From the NCBI GenBank assembly GCA_035512695.1, contig DATKDL010000027.1, forward strand, positions 21,357 through 85,356: a DNA stretch of 64,000 nucleotides, written 5' to 3'. The notes beneath the pieces were generated by a model. It did not search any database. It was given only the letters and a program-made list of their open reading frames with translations, and had not been told where the DNA came from. A program made the position numbers and the translations under genes. The DNA is from Anaerolineales bacterium (GTDB taxonomy: Bacteria; Chloroflexota; Anaerolineae; Anaerolineales; JABWBV01). Of the stretch, positions 9,579-17,168 are shown in pieces. Position 1 is the first letter of the stretch. Every line of letters begins with the position of its first letter.

Positions 9579-10961
9579 TCAGCGGATTAAAGGGATGACG
9601 ACGATAAACAGGACCTGGTACGAAAGGCTGCGGTCGGTCGGGACGTCGTCGAGTTCTCCCCCGAGCACGAAGATATCGGTGCCCAGCGCGATCGTCGCGG
9701 CGTGCGCCCACTCCCCGGCCAGCGGATTGGAAACCACCTGCCAGAGATCGGTCTGCGGAGTGTAATCCATTTGCGTGAAATGCCTTCCCTCGCCGCCTGC
9801 GCCGCCGATCAAATAAATTTTGTCCGCTATGTTGACGAGACCCATCCCATAGCGTCCTTCCGGCATGGGGGCCGCGGGGCGCCAGGGGAAATTGGTTGCG
9901 GCTCCACCTTCAAGTGCGGGAGAATAGATCCAGGTCGAGCTGGCGGGGTTCTCGCCGTCAAAGCCTCCAATCACGTAAACCGAGTTGCCGATCGCTGCGG
10001 CGCCGGCAAAACTCAGGGCGGCCGGCATCGGGGTCAGTTCGGTCCAGCCAACGCCATCGGGGTCGAAAGAGAAGACCCGGTCCGAAAACCGGGTCCCGTC
10101 ATGGCCCCCGAAAAGGTAAAGCTTTCCCTCAAAGGCCGTCAACGCGTACGCGCCGACAGGCGCCGGCAGATCCGGTCCGGAGGACCAGGCGTCGAGACGC
10201 GGGTCGTAGATTTCCAGCGCAGCGCTCATACCGTCCGAGGCCAGCCGGCCGCCTGGAACGTAGACCAGGCCCCCCAAAACTGCGGCCTGGACCTCGGCGA
10301 CCGGGGTCGGTTTTGGAGCCAGGGCCGTCCATGCGCCGGTCTCCGGGTCGAGCCGGGCCACTTCGGGAGAGGGTACGCCACCGACCAAACCGCCGATCAC
10401 GTAGACGGCGTTTTCAAATGCGACACCCGCTGCCCGCGTGCGCGCCGCCGGCAGGTTCGGCCGGTCACGCCACTGGCTTTCAATGGCAAAGGCATCGGCC
10501 GGGGGTGTCGCTTCGGCCGCAGGGGCCGGGTTGAAGAGACGGTACGCGATCACGACCAACAGCGTGACAGCGACCAGGACGCCGGCGAGGATCCAGGTCT
10601 GCGCCGGCAGGGCGCCTGTCGCTGCGGCGGCCGGTTCTCCGGTCCCGGTTTGCCCGGCGCCGTCCGCGCTGCCGGTTAAGACGGGATCCTCGATCACGGC
10701 GATCGGATCCGGCCCCGCCTCCACGGTGGGTGAACCGGCCGGCTCGCCGTCGGTGGGTGCGATCAGCCCCGCCCGTAATGCGACCATGCTGGCCTCGGTG
10801 CGCGAATTGACATCGAGCTTCCCGAAGATGTTCCGGACGTGAACCTTGACCGTATTCGTACTGATGTGCAGGACGCGGGCGATTTCTTTGTTGCTTCTCC
10901 CCGTGGCGAGCAGTTCGAGGATCTCGGTCTCACGATCGCTGAGAGATTGCAGATCGGTCAT
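9579..10961 (-). CDS. Membrane-anchored LuxR-family HTH regulator with an extracytoplasmic Kelch beta-propeller
   Basis: N-terminal LSDRETEILELLATGRSNKEIARVLHISTNTVKVHVRNIFGKL (LuxR/GerE HTH). P/A/G-rich linker. One TM helix (WILAGVLVAVTLLVVIAY). The C-terminal ~290 aa carry repeated Kelch-like blades (VYVIGG, LVYVPGG, KLYLFGG, SVYVIGG, KIYLIGG, DIFVLGG). Confidence 0.8.
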   Translation of the reverse strand: MTDLQSLSDRETEILELLATGRSNKEIARVLHISTNTVKVHVRNIFGKLDVNSRTEASMVALRAGLIAPTDGEPAGSPTVEAGPDPIAVIEDPVLTGSADGAGQTGTGEPAAAATGALPAQTWILAGVLVAVTLLVVIAYRLFNPAPAAEATPPADAFAIESQWRDRPNLPAARTRAAGVAFENAVYVIGGLVGGVPSPEVARLDPETGAWTALAPKPTPVAEVQAAVLGGLVYVPGGRLASDGMSAALEIYDPRLDAWSSGPDLPAPVGAYALTAFEGKLYLFGGHDGTRFSDRVFSFDPDGVGWTELTPMPAALSFAGAAAIGNSVYVIGGFDGENPASSTWIYSPALEGGAATNFPWRPAAPMPEGRYGMGLVNIADKIYLIGGAGGEGRHFTQMDYTPQTDLWQVVSNPLAGEWAHAATIALGTDIFVLGGELDDVPTDRSLSYQVLFIVVIPLIR

Positions 10962-11020
10962 GAGGGCGGAATTATATCACCGGGCAGGGTTGGGTTCGGG
11001 TCTGCCGCCGGGAGCGGATG

Positions 11021-11029
11021 TGCTAGAAT
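11021..11029 (+). promoter_or_regulatory. Extended -10 (TGcTAGAAT) for the proline dehydrogenase gene
   Basis: TGCTAGAAT ends 10 nt before ATG 11040. The same TGcTAnAAT motif recurs at 33212-33220, at 47059-67, and on the minus strand at 19249-57 and 62095-62103. Confidence 0.4.
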
Positions 11030-11039
11030 TTGACCGGTC

Positions 11040-12002
11040 ATGCTGCGCGCGCTGCTGCTCTACTTTTCACGGGCCTCCTGGGCTCGCCGGGTGGTCACCC
11101 GCTGGTCGGTGGCCTGGCGTGTTGCAGGCCGGTTCATCGCCGGGGAGACGTTGGACGAGGCGGTCGCCCTCGTCAAGCAGCTGAATGCCGATGGTTATTA
11201 CGTCACGCTGGACCATCTCGGGGAGAACACGACCAACGAAGCCGAAGCGATTCGAGCTGCCGCAGACGCCGTCGAAATCCTGGAAAGGATCCGGACCGAC
11301 GGCCTGCGGTCGGGTCTGTCCATCAAGCTGACTCAGATCGGCCTGGCGATCGACTCCGGCCTGTGCGAGCGCAACCTCGAGCAGGTGCTGGCAGGTGCGC
11401 ATGCGCACGGGATTTTCGTCCGCATCGATATGGAGGACTCCCCCCACGTCGAAGCGACGCTGGCGCTGCTGGGGAGGATGCTGGTGCGCTTCGGGGTCGA
11501 GACGGTCGGTGTGGCGCTGCAGTCCTATCTCTACCGGGCTCGGGAGGATGCCGTCGCACTCGGGGCCGGTGCGGTCCGGATCCGGCTGGTCAAAGGCGCC
11601 TACCAGGAGCCGGAGACGGTCGCATTCCCGGACAAGGCGGATGTGGACGCCGAGTTCGACCGCATCACCGACATCCTGATCGAGGCGACCTGTCGGGCCG
11701 GGATGCCGGTTGGGCGGAGGGACGGGCGCTGTCCCCCGATCCTGGCGATCGCCTCGCACGATGACCTCCGGGTGGATTACGCACGGGAAGCCGCTGAGGC
11801 CGCCGGGGTGCCCCGGCAGGCGGTCGAGTTCCAGATGCTGAACGGTATCCGGCGCGATCTGCAGAAAGAACTGCTGGAGGCCGGCTACCCGGTGCGCATA
11901 TACGTCCCATTCGGCCGTGAGTGGTATCCGTACATGGTCCGCCGGCTGGCCGAGCGGCCAGCCAACCTGTTGTTTTTCTTATCGAACCTGGTACGGAGGT
12001 GA
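11040..12002 (+). CDS. Proline dehydrogenase (monofunctional PutA-like)
   Basis: 320 aa. AGRFIAGETLDEAVALVKQLNADGYYVTLDHLGE and the C-terminal FEFQMLNGIRRDL...YVPFG..WYPYMVRRLAERPANL are typical of the proline dehydrogenase family. Confidence 0.85.
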   Translation: MLRALLLYFSRASWARRVVTRWSVAWRVAGRFIAGETLDEAVALVKQLNADGYYVTLDHLGENTTNEAEAIRAAADAVEILERIRTDGLRSGLSIKLTQIGLAIDSGLCERNLEQVLAGAHAHGIFVRIDMEDSPHVEATLALLGRMLVRFGVETVGVALQSYLYRAREDAVALGAGAVRIRLVKGAYQEPETVAFPDKADVDAEFDRITDILIEATCRAGMPVGRRDGRCPPILAIASHDDLRVDYAREAAEAAGVPRQAVEFQMLNGIRRDLQKELLEAGYPVRIYVPFGREWYPYMVRRLAERPANLLFFLSNLVRR

Positions 12003-12025
12003 CCGTCACCTGGATTGAGGAAAAA

Positions 12026-12508
12026 ATGCCGCTGACGCCAGAGAAACTATGCCTGCGCCTCGCCGAAGAAGGAGAGAGCACGCTCGCCTTCTTTACCGGA
12101 TTGCCGGAAGACGTCCTGGACACCCGAATTTACACCGACGGCGATCACTGGTCGATCACGCAGATTATTCGCCACCTCGTCCAGGCCGAAAAGGCCATCC
12201 AGCGGCTGATGGCGTCGATCCTGGCCGGATCACCGGGCGCCCCCGAGGATTTCGATCTCGACGGCTACAACGAACGCAAGGTGCGCGAGATCGAGGTGAT
12301 GACGACCCCCGGCTTGCTGGCCGAGTTCTCGGCGACCCGCGCCCGCACGGTGGCCTGGGTCGCCGAACGGACGCCGGAGGACCTGGCACGGACGGGGCGC
12401 CATCCCTTCCTGGGCGTCGCCCCGATCGAGGAAATGGTCAAGCTGCTCTACCGGCACACCCAGCTGCACCGGCGTGATATCCGCCGGACCCTGGACGACA
12501 TGGATTGA
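12026..12508 (+). CDS. DinB-family (DinB_2-like) four-helix-bundle protein
   Basis: ATG 12026 is preceded by GAGGAAAAA. It has a DinB-like pattern (HWSITQIIRHLVQAE...LYRHTQLHRRDI). The upstream part of the track ORF overlaps the proline dehydrogenase gene. Confidence 0.65.
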   Translation: MPLTPEKLCLRLAEEGESTLAFFTGLPEDVLDTRIYTDGDHWSITQIIRHLVQAEKAIQRLMASILAGSPGAPEDFDLDGYNERKVREIEVMTTPGLLAEFSATRARTVAWVAERTPEDLARTGRHPFLGVAPIEEMVKLLYRHTQLHRRDIRRTLDDMD

Positions 12509-12511
12509 CCC

Positions 12512-13399
12512 GTGCGATATGATTTGATGGGATTCCTCAAACGCTTCGCCTGGGCGGGCAACCTGATTTCGGCCGCCCTGCTTTACGCCCTCGGCGCAGG
12601 GATCGCCCAATACCTGGGCGCCCGCATGAGGACGGACGTTTTCTTTCTCGGGTTGATATGGGCCGCGGCACTGGTCCTGTTCACGTATTGCAACTACCGG
12701 TATTTCGACATGCGCGCCGCCGCGGATCATCTCGGACGCCGCCTGTTCCGGGCGCTCCCCTGGCGCACGGCGATGCTGACCGGCGCAATCCTGGCGGCCA
12801 CGGCCGCCGCCTGGGCGACCATCCTCCTGCTCCGGATCGGTGCGATCACCCAGGGGATCTGGTTCCTGATGCTGCTCGGCGTTGCCGGGGGCTGTCTTTA
12901 TTCGATTCCCCCGGCCCGCTGGGCGAGCAATGGTTTCGGCGAGCTGGCGGCTTCCGCGATGATGGGCGCCGGGGTGCCGGCGCTGGCTTTCATGCTCCAG
13001 TATGGCGGGTACCAGCGCTACCTGGCGATGATCGCTTTTCCGGTAAGTGCGCTGCACCTCGCCATGCTGATCGCACTCAACCTGCCCGGTTACGCCCGCC
13101 AGCGCAAATACGAGATCCGCACCCTGGTGATCCGAATGGGTTGGGAGGGTGCGATGACGACCCATAACCTGCTGATCCTGGTCGCCTTCTTCCTGCTGGC
13201 CGTGGCCGTCCTGTTCGATTTTCCCCGCTTTGCTTTCTATCCCGCCATCCTGGCCCTCCCGCTTGGCCTGCTGGAGGTTTATTACATGCAGCGCATCGCC
13301 GGCGGGATCAAGCCCAACTGGAACGCCCTATCGGCTTCCGCGGTGGCACTGTTTGTCCTGCCGGTGTATTTTATGGCGCTGGCATTCTGGACGAATTGA
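12512..13399 (+). CDS. UbiA-prenyltransferase-fold-like membrane protein with degenerate Asp-rich motifs
   Basis: ~8-9 TM helices. MenA/UbiA-like layout (NLISAALLYALG...; ...IRTLVIRMGWEGA). The usual NDxxDxxxD and DxxxD positions read NYRYFDMRAAAD and YARQRKYE. The start is GTG 12512 or ATG 12527. Confidence 0.4.
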   Translation: MRYDLMGFLKRFAWAGNLISAALLYALGAGIAQYLGARMRTDVFFLGLIWAAALVLFTYCNYRYFDMRAAADHLGRRLFRALPWRTAMLTGAILAATAAAWATILLLRIGAITQGIWFLMLLGVAGGCLYSIPPARWASNGFGELAASAMMGAGVPALAFMLQYGGYQRYLAMIAFPVSALHLAMLIALNLPGYARQRKYEIRTLVIRMGWEGAMTTHNLLILVAFFLLAVAVLFDFPRFAFYPAILALPLGLLEVYYMQRIAGGIKPNWNALSASAVALFVLPVYFMALAFWTN

Positions 13400-13403
13400 G
13401 ACG

Positions 13404-13451
13404 GGAAAAACCGAAACCGGGACCGCCGCCGGTCCCGGTTTCGGTTTTTCC
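13404..13451. terminator. Perfect 21-bp palindrome between convergent genes (bidirectional terminator-like)
   Basis: GGAAAAACCGAAACCGGGACC-gccgcc-GGTCCCGGTTTCGGTTTTTCC, with an A-tract on one flank and a T-tract on the other. Confidence 0.7.
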
Positions 13452-13453
13452 GT

Positions 13454-14017
13454 TTATTTTTTCGAATCCCAAAGCGGTTCGGGAACCCCCCTGCTGACAT
13501 TCTCATAGCGTGCCATCACGAAAAGGGCATCGGAAAGTCGGTTCAGATATGCCCGGGCATGTTCTCCGACCGGTTCGCTGCGCTGAAGTGTGACGAGATC
13601 CCGCTCCGCGCGCCGGCAGACGGTCCGCGCGAGGTGCAGGCGCGCCGCGCCTTCGGAGCCGCCCGGGAGGATGAAGTTCTCCAGCGGTCCGGTAATCGCG
13701 TTGAGTTCGTCTATCAGCGTCTCCAGCTCGGAAATATGCCGGGTTTCGATCTTTGGCAGCGGGAGCGCCGCTTTGTCCGCCTCCCGAAAGCTCAGATCGG
13801 CGCCCAAATGGAAAAGGGTGTTCTGGATTCCGGGCAGCACTTCCGCCAGGCGCGGCGCAAGGCCGCAGGCCAGCGCGTGTCCGAGGTGGGCATTCAGCTC
13901 GTCGACGGTCCCGTAGGCAACGACGCGGGCGTCGTCCTTCGGGACCCGCTGGCCGCCGCCAAGCCCCGTGTTGCCGTCATCTCCCTTTCGAGTGTAGATT
14001 TTCGTGAGCTTCGGCAT
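13454..14017 (-). CDS. PduO-type ATP:cob(I)alamin adenosyltransferase
   Basis: [19 protein letters not shown]...[16 protein letters not shown] is the hallmark N-terminus of the PduO/MMAB family. SD GGGAGG lies upstream. Confidence 0.9.
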   Translation of the reverse strand: MPKLTKIYTRKGDDGNTGLGGGQRVPKDDARVVAYGTVDELNAHLGHALACGLAPRLAEVLPGIQNTLFHLGADLSFREADKAALPLPKIETRHISELETLIDELNAITGPLENFILPGGSEGAARLHLARTVCRRAERDLVTLQRSEPVGEHARAYLNRLSDALFVMARYENVSRGVPEPLWDSKK

Positions 14018-14190
14018 TGCGCCTCCCGGGTCCCCAAAAAATATGGGGTGGTCCCTCTTTTCCTTCTCCTAGAATGGATTTGTTGGCATCGAAAAACAGT
14101 CGGGTCATCGCCCGGCCCCATTTTCCCGGCTCCGATTATAGCAGAGCGGTCCAACCGTTCAGCCTTCGGGAGAAATTACAGGGAAATTCA

Positions 14191-14230
14191 GGCGCCGGCT
14201 GGAGCGCTGCCCCCGCCGGCGCCCGATTTT
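14191..14230 (+). terminator. Terminator-like hairpin inside the 260-nt spacer upstream of the ECF sigma gene
   Basis: GGCGCCGGC-(15 nt)-GCCGGCGCC followed by CGATTTT. Confidence 0.4.
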
Positions 14231-14240
14231 CCCAAATCAT

Positions 14241-14264
14241 GCAACCAACACCGGGTTGTATCGT
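14241..14264 (+). promoter_or_regulatory. ECF-type promoter (AAC-N16-CGT) in front of the sigma gene
   Basis: tGCAACcaacaccgggttgtatCGTAga. AAC at 14243-45 and CGT at 14262-64 are 16 nt apart. It lies directly upstream of SD GAGGAGAG and GTG 14280. Confidence 0.45.
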
Positions 14265-14279
14265 AGAGGAGAGTAACAG

Positions 14280-14894
14280 GTGATAGACCAGGAAATCGAC
14301 ATCAGGAGTGAAGAGACCACCTGGGCCAGGGCGGCCCAGGCCGGCGACCAGCTGGCATTTACCAACCTGATCGAGCGGTACGAACGAGCCGTCTTCAACC
14401 TGTGCTACCGGATGCTCGGGAGCCACAACGAAGCGGAGGACGCCGCCCAGGAAGCGTTCCTGCGGGCCTACCGGGCGATCAAACGTTACGACCCGGAACG
14501 CAGGTTCTCGACCTGGGTGCTGTCGATCGCCTCCAACTACTGTATCGACCAGTTCCGGAAGCGGCGGCTTTTCACCCTTTCCCTTGACGAGATGCCATAC
14601 CTGGATATCGCCGAGCACGGGCCTGGGCCGGAAGGACGGCTGATCCACGCCGAACTGGAGGCCGAAATCCAGGCTGTCCTTTGTGAACTCGGAGACCTCG
14701 ATCGTGCAACCGTCATCCTGCGCTACTGGTACGAGCTGTCCTACGATGAGATCGGCGAGGCGCTCGATCTGACCAACAGCGCCGTGAAAAGCCGGCTCCA
14801 TCGCGCCCGCCGCGCCCTCGCGGAAGCCTGGGAAACCCGAACGGAGATGCCTGCCCCGCTGGGTAGAACGGTTTATGGACCACAAACTGTGTGA
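14280..14894 (+). CDS. ECF (sigma-70 family) RNA polymerase sigma factor
   Basis: Region 2 (FTNLIERYERAVFNLCYRMLG...AEDAAQEAFLRAY) and region 4 (LRYWYELSYDEIGEALDLTNSAVKSRLHRAR). Confidence 0.9.
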   Translation: MIDQEIDIRSEETTWARAAQAGDQLAFTNLIERYERAVFNLCYRMLGSHNEAEDAAQEAFLRAYRAIKRYDPERRFSTWVLSIASNYCIDQFRKRRLFTLSLDEMPYLDIAEHGPGPEGRLIHAELEAEIQAVLCELGDLDRATVILRYWYELSYDEIGEALDLTNSAVKSRLHRARRALAEAWETRTEMPAPLGRTVYGPQTV

Positions 14895-15420
14895 ACGATG
14901 GATCCTCTCAGAGAATGACCTCGCCCCGGAAGACCGCCGGGCGTTGGCCGACCACCTCGACGACTGTGAACGGTGCCGCCGGCTCGACCGAGGTTGGCGA
15001 ACCGTCCGGGACAGGCTCCGCGCATCCCCCTCGACGGCGCCGGCCCCCGGGTTCTCCGCCCGTTGGGCAGATCGCCTGCTGCTTGATGACCGCCGGCGTC
15101 GAAACCGGCAGTCCCTCGGCATGCTGGCTGCTACCCTCGTCGCGGCAATCTTTTCGTTTTCAAACACCGGAATCCATTTCTTCGAGGGGGCGGGAATTCT
15201 CGCCGGGGCAGCACTCGAACGGGTTCAACTTTTTTCCGGGTGGTTTGTGTCGTTCGGAGCGACCATCTCCTCCGCGCCAAACGTGCCGGAGACGCTGGTC
15301 GCCTTGCTGATCCCACCCGCCGTCATGGTCTTCTTCGCCGCTGCCGGCGCCGGCGCCCTGGCCTGGCTGAAGATGTTCCGCCTGCTGGCGCGCCTCCAGG
15401 GTTTCACGCATTGGGCCTGA
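14875..15420 (+). CDS. Anti-sigma factor (zf-HC2-like) with TM segments
   Basis: Overlaps the sigma gene by 20 nt. N-terminal H-x3-C-x2-C motif (ADHLDDCERCRRL). Hydrophobic segments follow. Confidence 0.7.
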   Translation: MDHKLCERWILSENDLAPEDRRALADHLDDCERCRRLDRGWRTVRDRLRASPSTAPAPGFSARWADRLLLDDRRRRNRQSLGMLAATLVAAIFSFSNTGIHFFEGAGILAGAALERVQLFSGWFVSFGATISSAPNVPETLVALLIPPAVMVFFAAAGAGALAWLKMFRLLARLQGFTHWA

Positions 15421-16337
15421 TCCGGTGGATCCTTCCCATCATCGTCATCACGCTCTCCCTGGCGCTGCCCGCTGCGGTCGCTGCAAAGGGGCACGAGGAC
15501 GAGATCGTGGCCGGCGGTGAGTTTGTCGTCGGGGAAGAAGACGTGCTGGACGACGACCTGCTCGTGATCGGGGGAACGGTCGAAATCCGGCCTGGGGGCC
15601 GGGTGGCCGGCGACGTCACGCAGATCGGCGGTACCCTGACGATCCACGGTTCCGTCGATGGTGATATCCGGCAGGTCGGTGGAACGTTGGTGTTGGAGGA
15701 CGGGGCCGCCATTCTTGGCGATGTCATCACGAACGGCGGCACCCTGGTCCATTCAGAGCAGGCCGAGGTCGCGGGTGAGGTGGGCCCCGGGGGGAGTTCC
15801 AAGCCGGTCCGTATGAGCGGGGAAGGCCCCTGGGGAATCGGTCGGACGATCGGGGACGGTTTCTGGTCGTTATTTAAAATTTTTTCCATGGCGGCGCTCG
15901 CCGTGGTGGTCGGGATGTTGTGGCCGCGGCAGCTGGCGGTAGCGGGCGAGACGATCGCCGGGAACCCCGTCCTGGCCGGGGGGGCCGGGCTGCTGACCGT
16001 CGGCGTCGTCGTCCCGCTGGTGTTCATCGCGGCGGTGACCCTGGTCCTGATCCCGCTCAGCCTGGCCGGTCTGGCGGCGCTGGGCGCGGCGGGGGTCTTT
16101 GGTTGGATCGCGTTGAGCTTTGAGGTGGGCCGCCGGATCGGCGAGGCGGCCGGGCAGGACTGGGCTCCCGGGCTGGCCGCCGGCGCCGGCGCCATCCTCC
16201 TGGGGATTATCTTCACCGGGGTCGCGCAGATCCCGTGCGTGGGCTGGGCGGTGCAAGCTGCGGTCGGGCTGATCGGGTTGGGGGCGGTGGTGCTGACCCG
16301 GTTTGGTACTCGGATCGATCCGGGTTTATTGGGATAG
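15411..16337 (+). CDS. Membrane protein with an extracytoplasmic beta-helix (bactofilin / polymer-forming-like repeats) and a C-terminal multi-TM domain
   Basis: Repeats LLVIGGTVEI / GDVTQIGGTLTIHGSVDGDIRQVGGTLVLEDGAAILGDVITNGGTL are followed by 4-5 TM helices. The start is uncertain: TTG 15411 overlaps the anti-sigma stop, and the ORF upstream of it overlaps the anti-sigma gene. Confidence 0.6.
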   Translation: MGLIRWILPIIVITLSLALPAAVAAKGHEDEIVAGGEFVVGEEDVLDDDLLVIGGTVEIRPGGRVAGDVTQIGGTLTIHGSVDGDIRQVGGTLVLEDGAAILGDVITNGGTLVHSEQAEVAGEVGPGGSSKPVRMSGEGPWGIGRTIGDGFWSLFKIFSMAALAVVVGMLWPRQLAVAGETIAGNPVLAGGAGLLTVGVVVPLVFIAAVTLVLIPLSLAGLAALGAAGVFGWIALSFEVGRRIGEAAGQDWAPGLAAGAGAILLGIIFTGVAQIPCVGWAVQAAVGLIGLGAVVLTRFGTRIDPGLLG

Positions 16338-16358
16338 GTTCGTAGGTCCGTTCTGTTT

Positions 16359-17036
16359 TCAAGGGACGATGTCCACAAAAATCTGTTCCGTGATGCGCGG
16401 CCCGAGGACCTGGCCCTGCTCGTTCTCCCCGATCCGCACGGTCAGCACGCCGTCGAACGGCGAATGGTCGAGCACGACAAGTTCGATGTTGGGCATCAGG
16501 CCAAGCGCTTCGAGGTGGCACAGGAATTCGGGGTCGGCGCTGTGGACGCGCTGGATGGCGGCGCGCTGGCCGGGGCGCAGTTCGTTGAGCGGTTTCCGGG
16601 AGGCGGGTGGGAGGCTGAGGTCGAGTTGGGGGATCGGGTCGCCGTGCGGGTCGTGGGACGGGTCGCCCAGCACTTCGGCGATCTTTGCCTCGAACTCCTC
16701 GGAGATGACGTGTTCAAGCCGGTCGGCCTCTGCGTGGACCTTATCCCACGAGTAGCCCAGGATCTGGTGCAGGAAGAGCTCGAGCAGGCGGTGGTGGCGG
16801 ACGATTTCGAGGGCGATCTCCTCGCCTTCTGCGGTGAGCCGGACGCCGCGGTGCTTCTCGTACACGACCAGCGGCGGCGTTGTTGCGGCCAGCTTTTGGA
16901 TCATCCCGGTCACGGAGGCCGGGGTGATCTCGAGCGCTTCGGCCAGGGCGTTGGTGGAGGCGCGTTCGTGGGCGGACTGGATCTTATAGATCGTTTTGAG
17001 GTAGTCTTCGATCGCGTGGGTGAGGGTTGCGCGCAT
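16359..17036 (-). CDS. DtxR/IdeR/MntR-family metal-dependent repressor with a C-terminal FeoA/SH3-like domain
   Basis: N-terminal AIEDYLKTIYKIQ...TNALAEALEITPASVTGMIQKL. Metal-site region HHRLLELFL. The C-terminal LRPGQRAAIQRV... is FeoA-like. Confidence 0.9.
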   Translation of the reverse strand: MRATLTHAIEDYLKTIYKIQSAHERASTNALAEALEITPASVTGMIQKLAATTPPLVVYEKHRGVRLTAEGEEIALEIVRHHRLLELFLHQILGYSWDKVHAEADRLEHVISEEFEAKIAEVLGDPSHDPHGDPIPQLDLSLPPASRKPLNELRPGQRAAIQRVHSADPEFLCHLEALGLMPNIELVVLDHSPFDGVLTVRIGENEQGQVLGPRITEQIFVDIVP

Positions 17037-17058
17037 GGTGATCTATCCCGAACGGGGA

Positions 17059-17076
17059 TTTAGGTTAGACTAAATA
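17059..17076 (-). promoter_or_regulatory. DtxR-family operator-like palindrome upstream of the repressor gene
   Basis: ATTTAGGTTAGACTAAAT has inverted ATTTAG/CTAAAT halves. Its left half, TTAGGTTAG, equals the left half of the DtxR/IdeR consensus TTAGGTTAGGCTAACCTAA. It lies just downstream of a TAAAAT -10 (minus strand, 17080-17085). Confidence 0.5.
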
Positions 17077-17122
17077 TGGATTTTAAAGGATGGGTAAGAC
17101 GGTGTCAAGGGGGAGTTGACGC

Positions 17123-17168
17123 AAAACGGAGGCCGGCCCTGGAGCTATCGGGGTAGGCCTCCGTTTTT
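17123..17168 (-). terminator. Stem-loop terminator after the acs-like gene
   Basis: AAAACGGAGGCC ... GGCCTCCGTTTTT, overlapping the stop codon. Confidence 0.65.
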
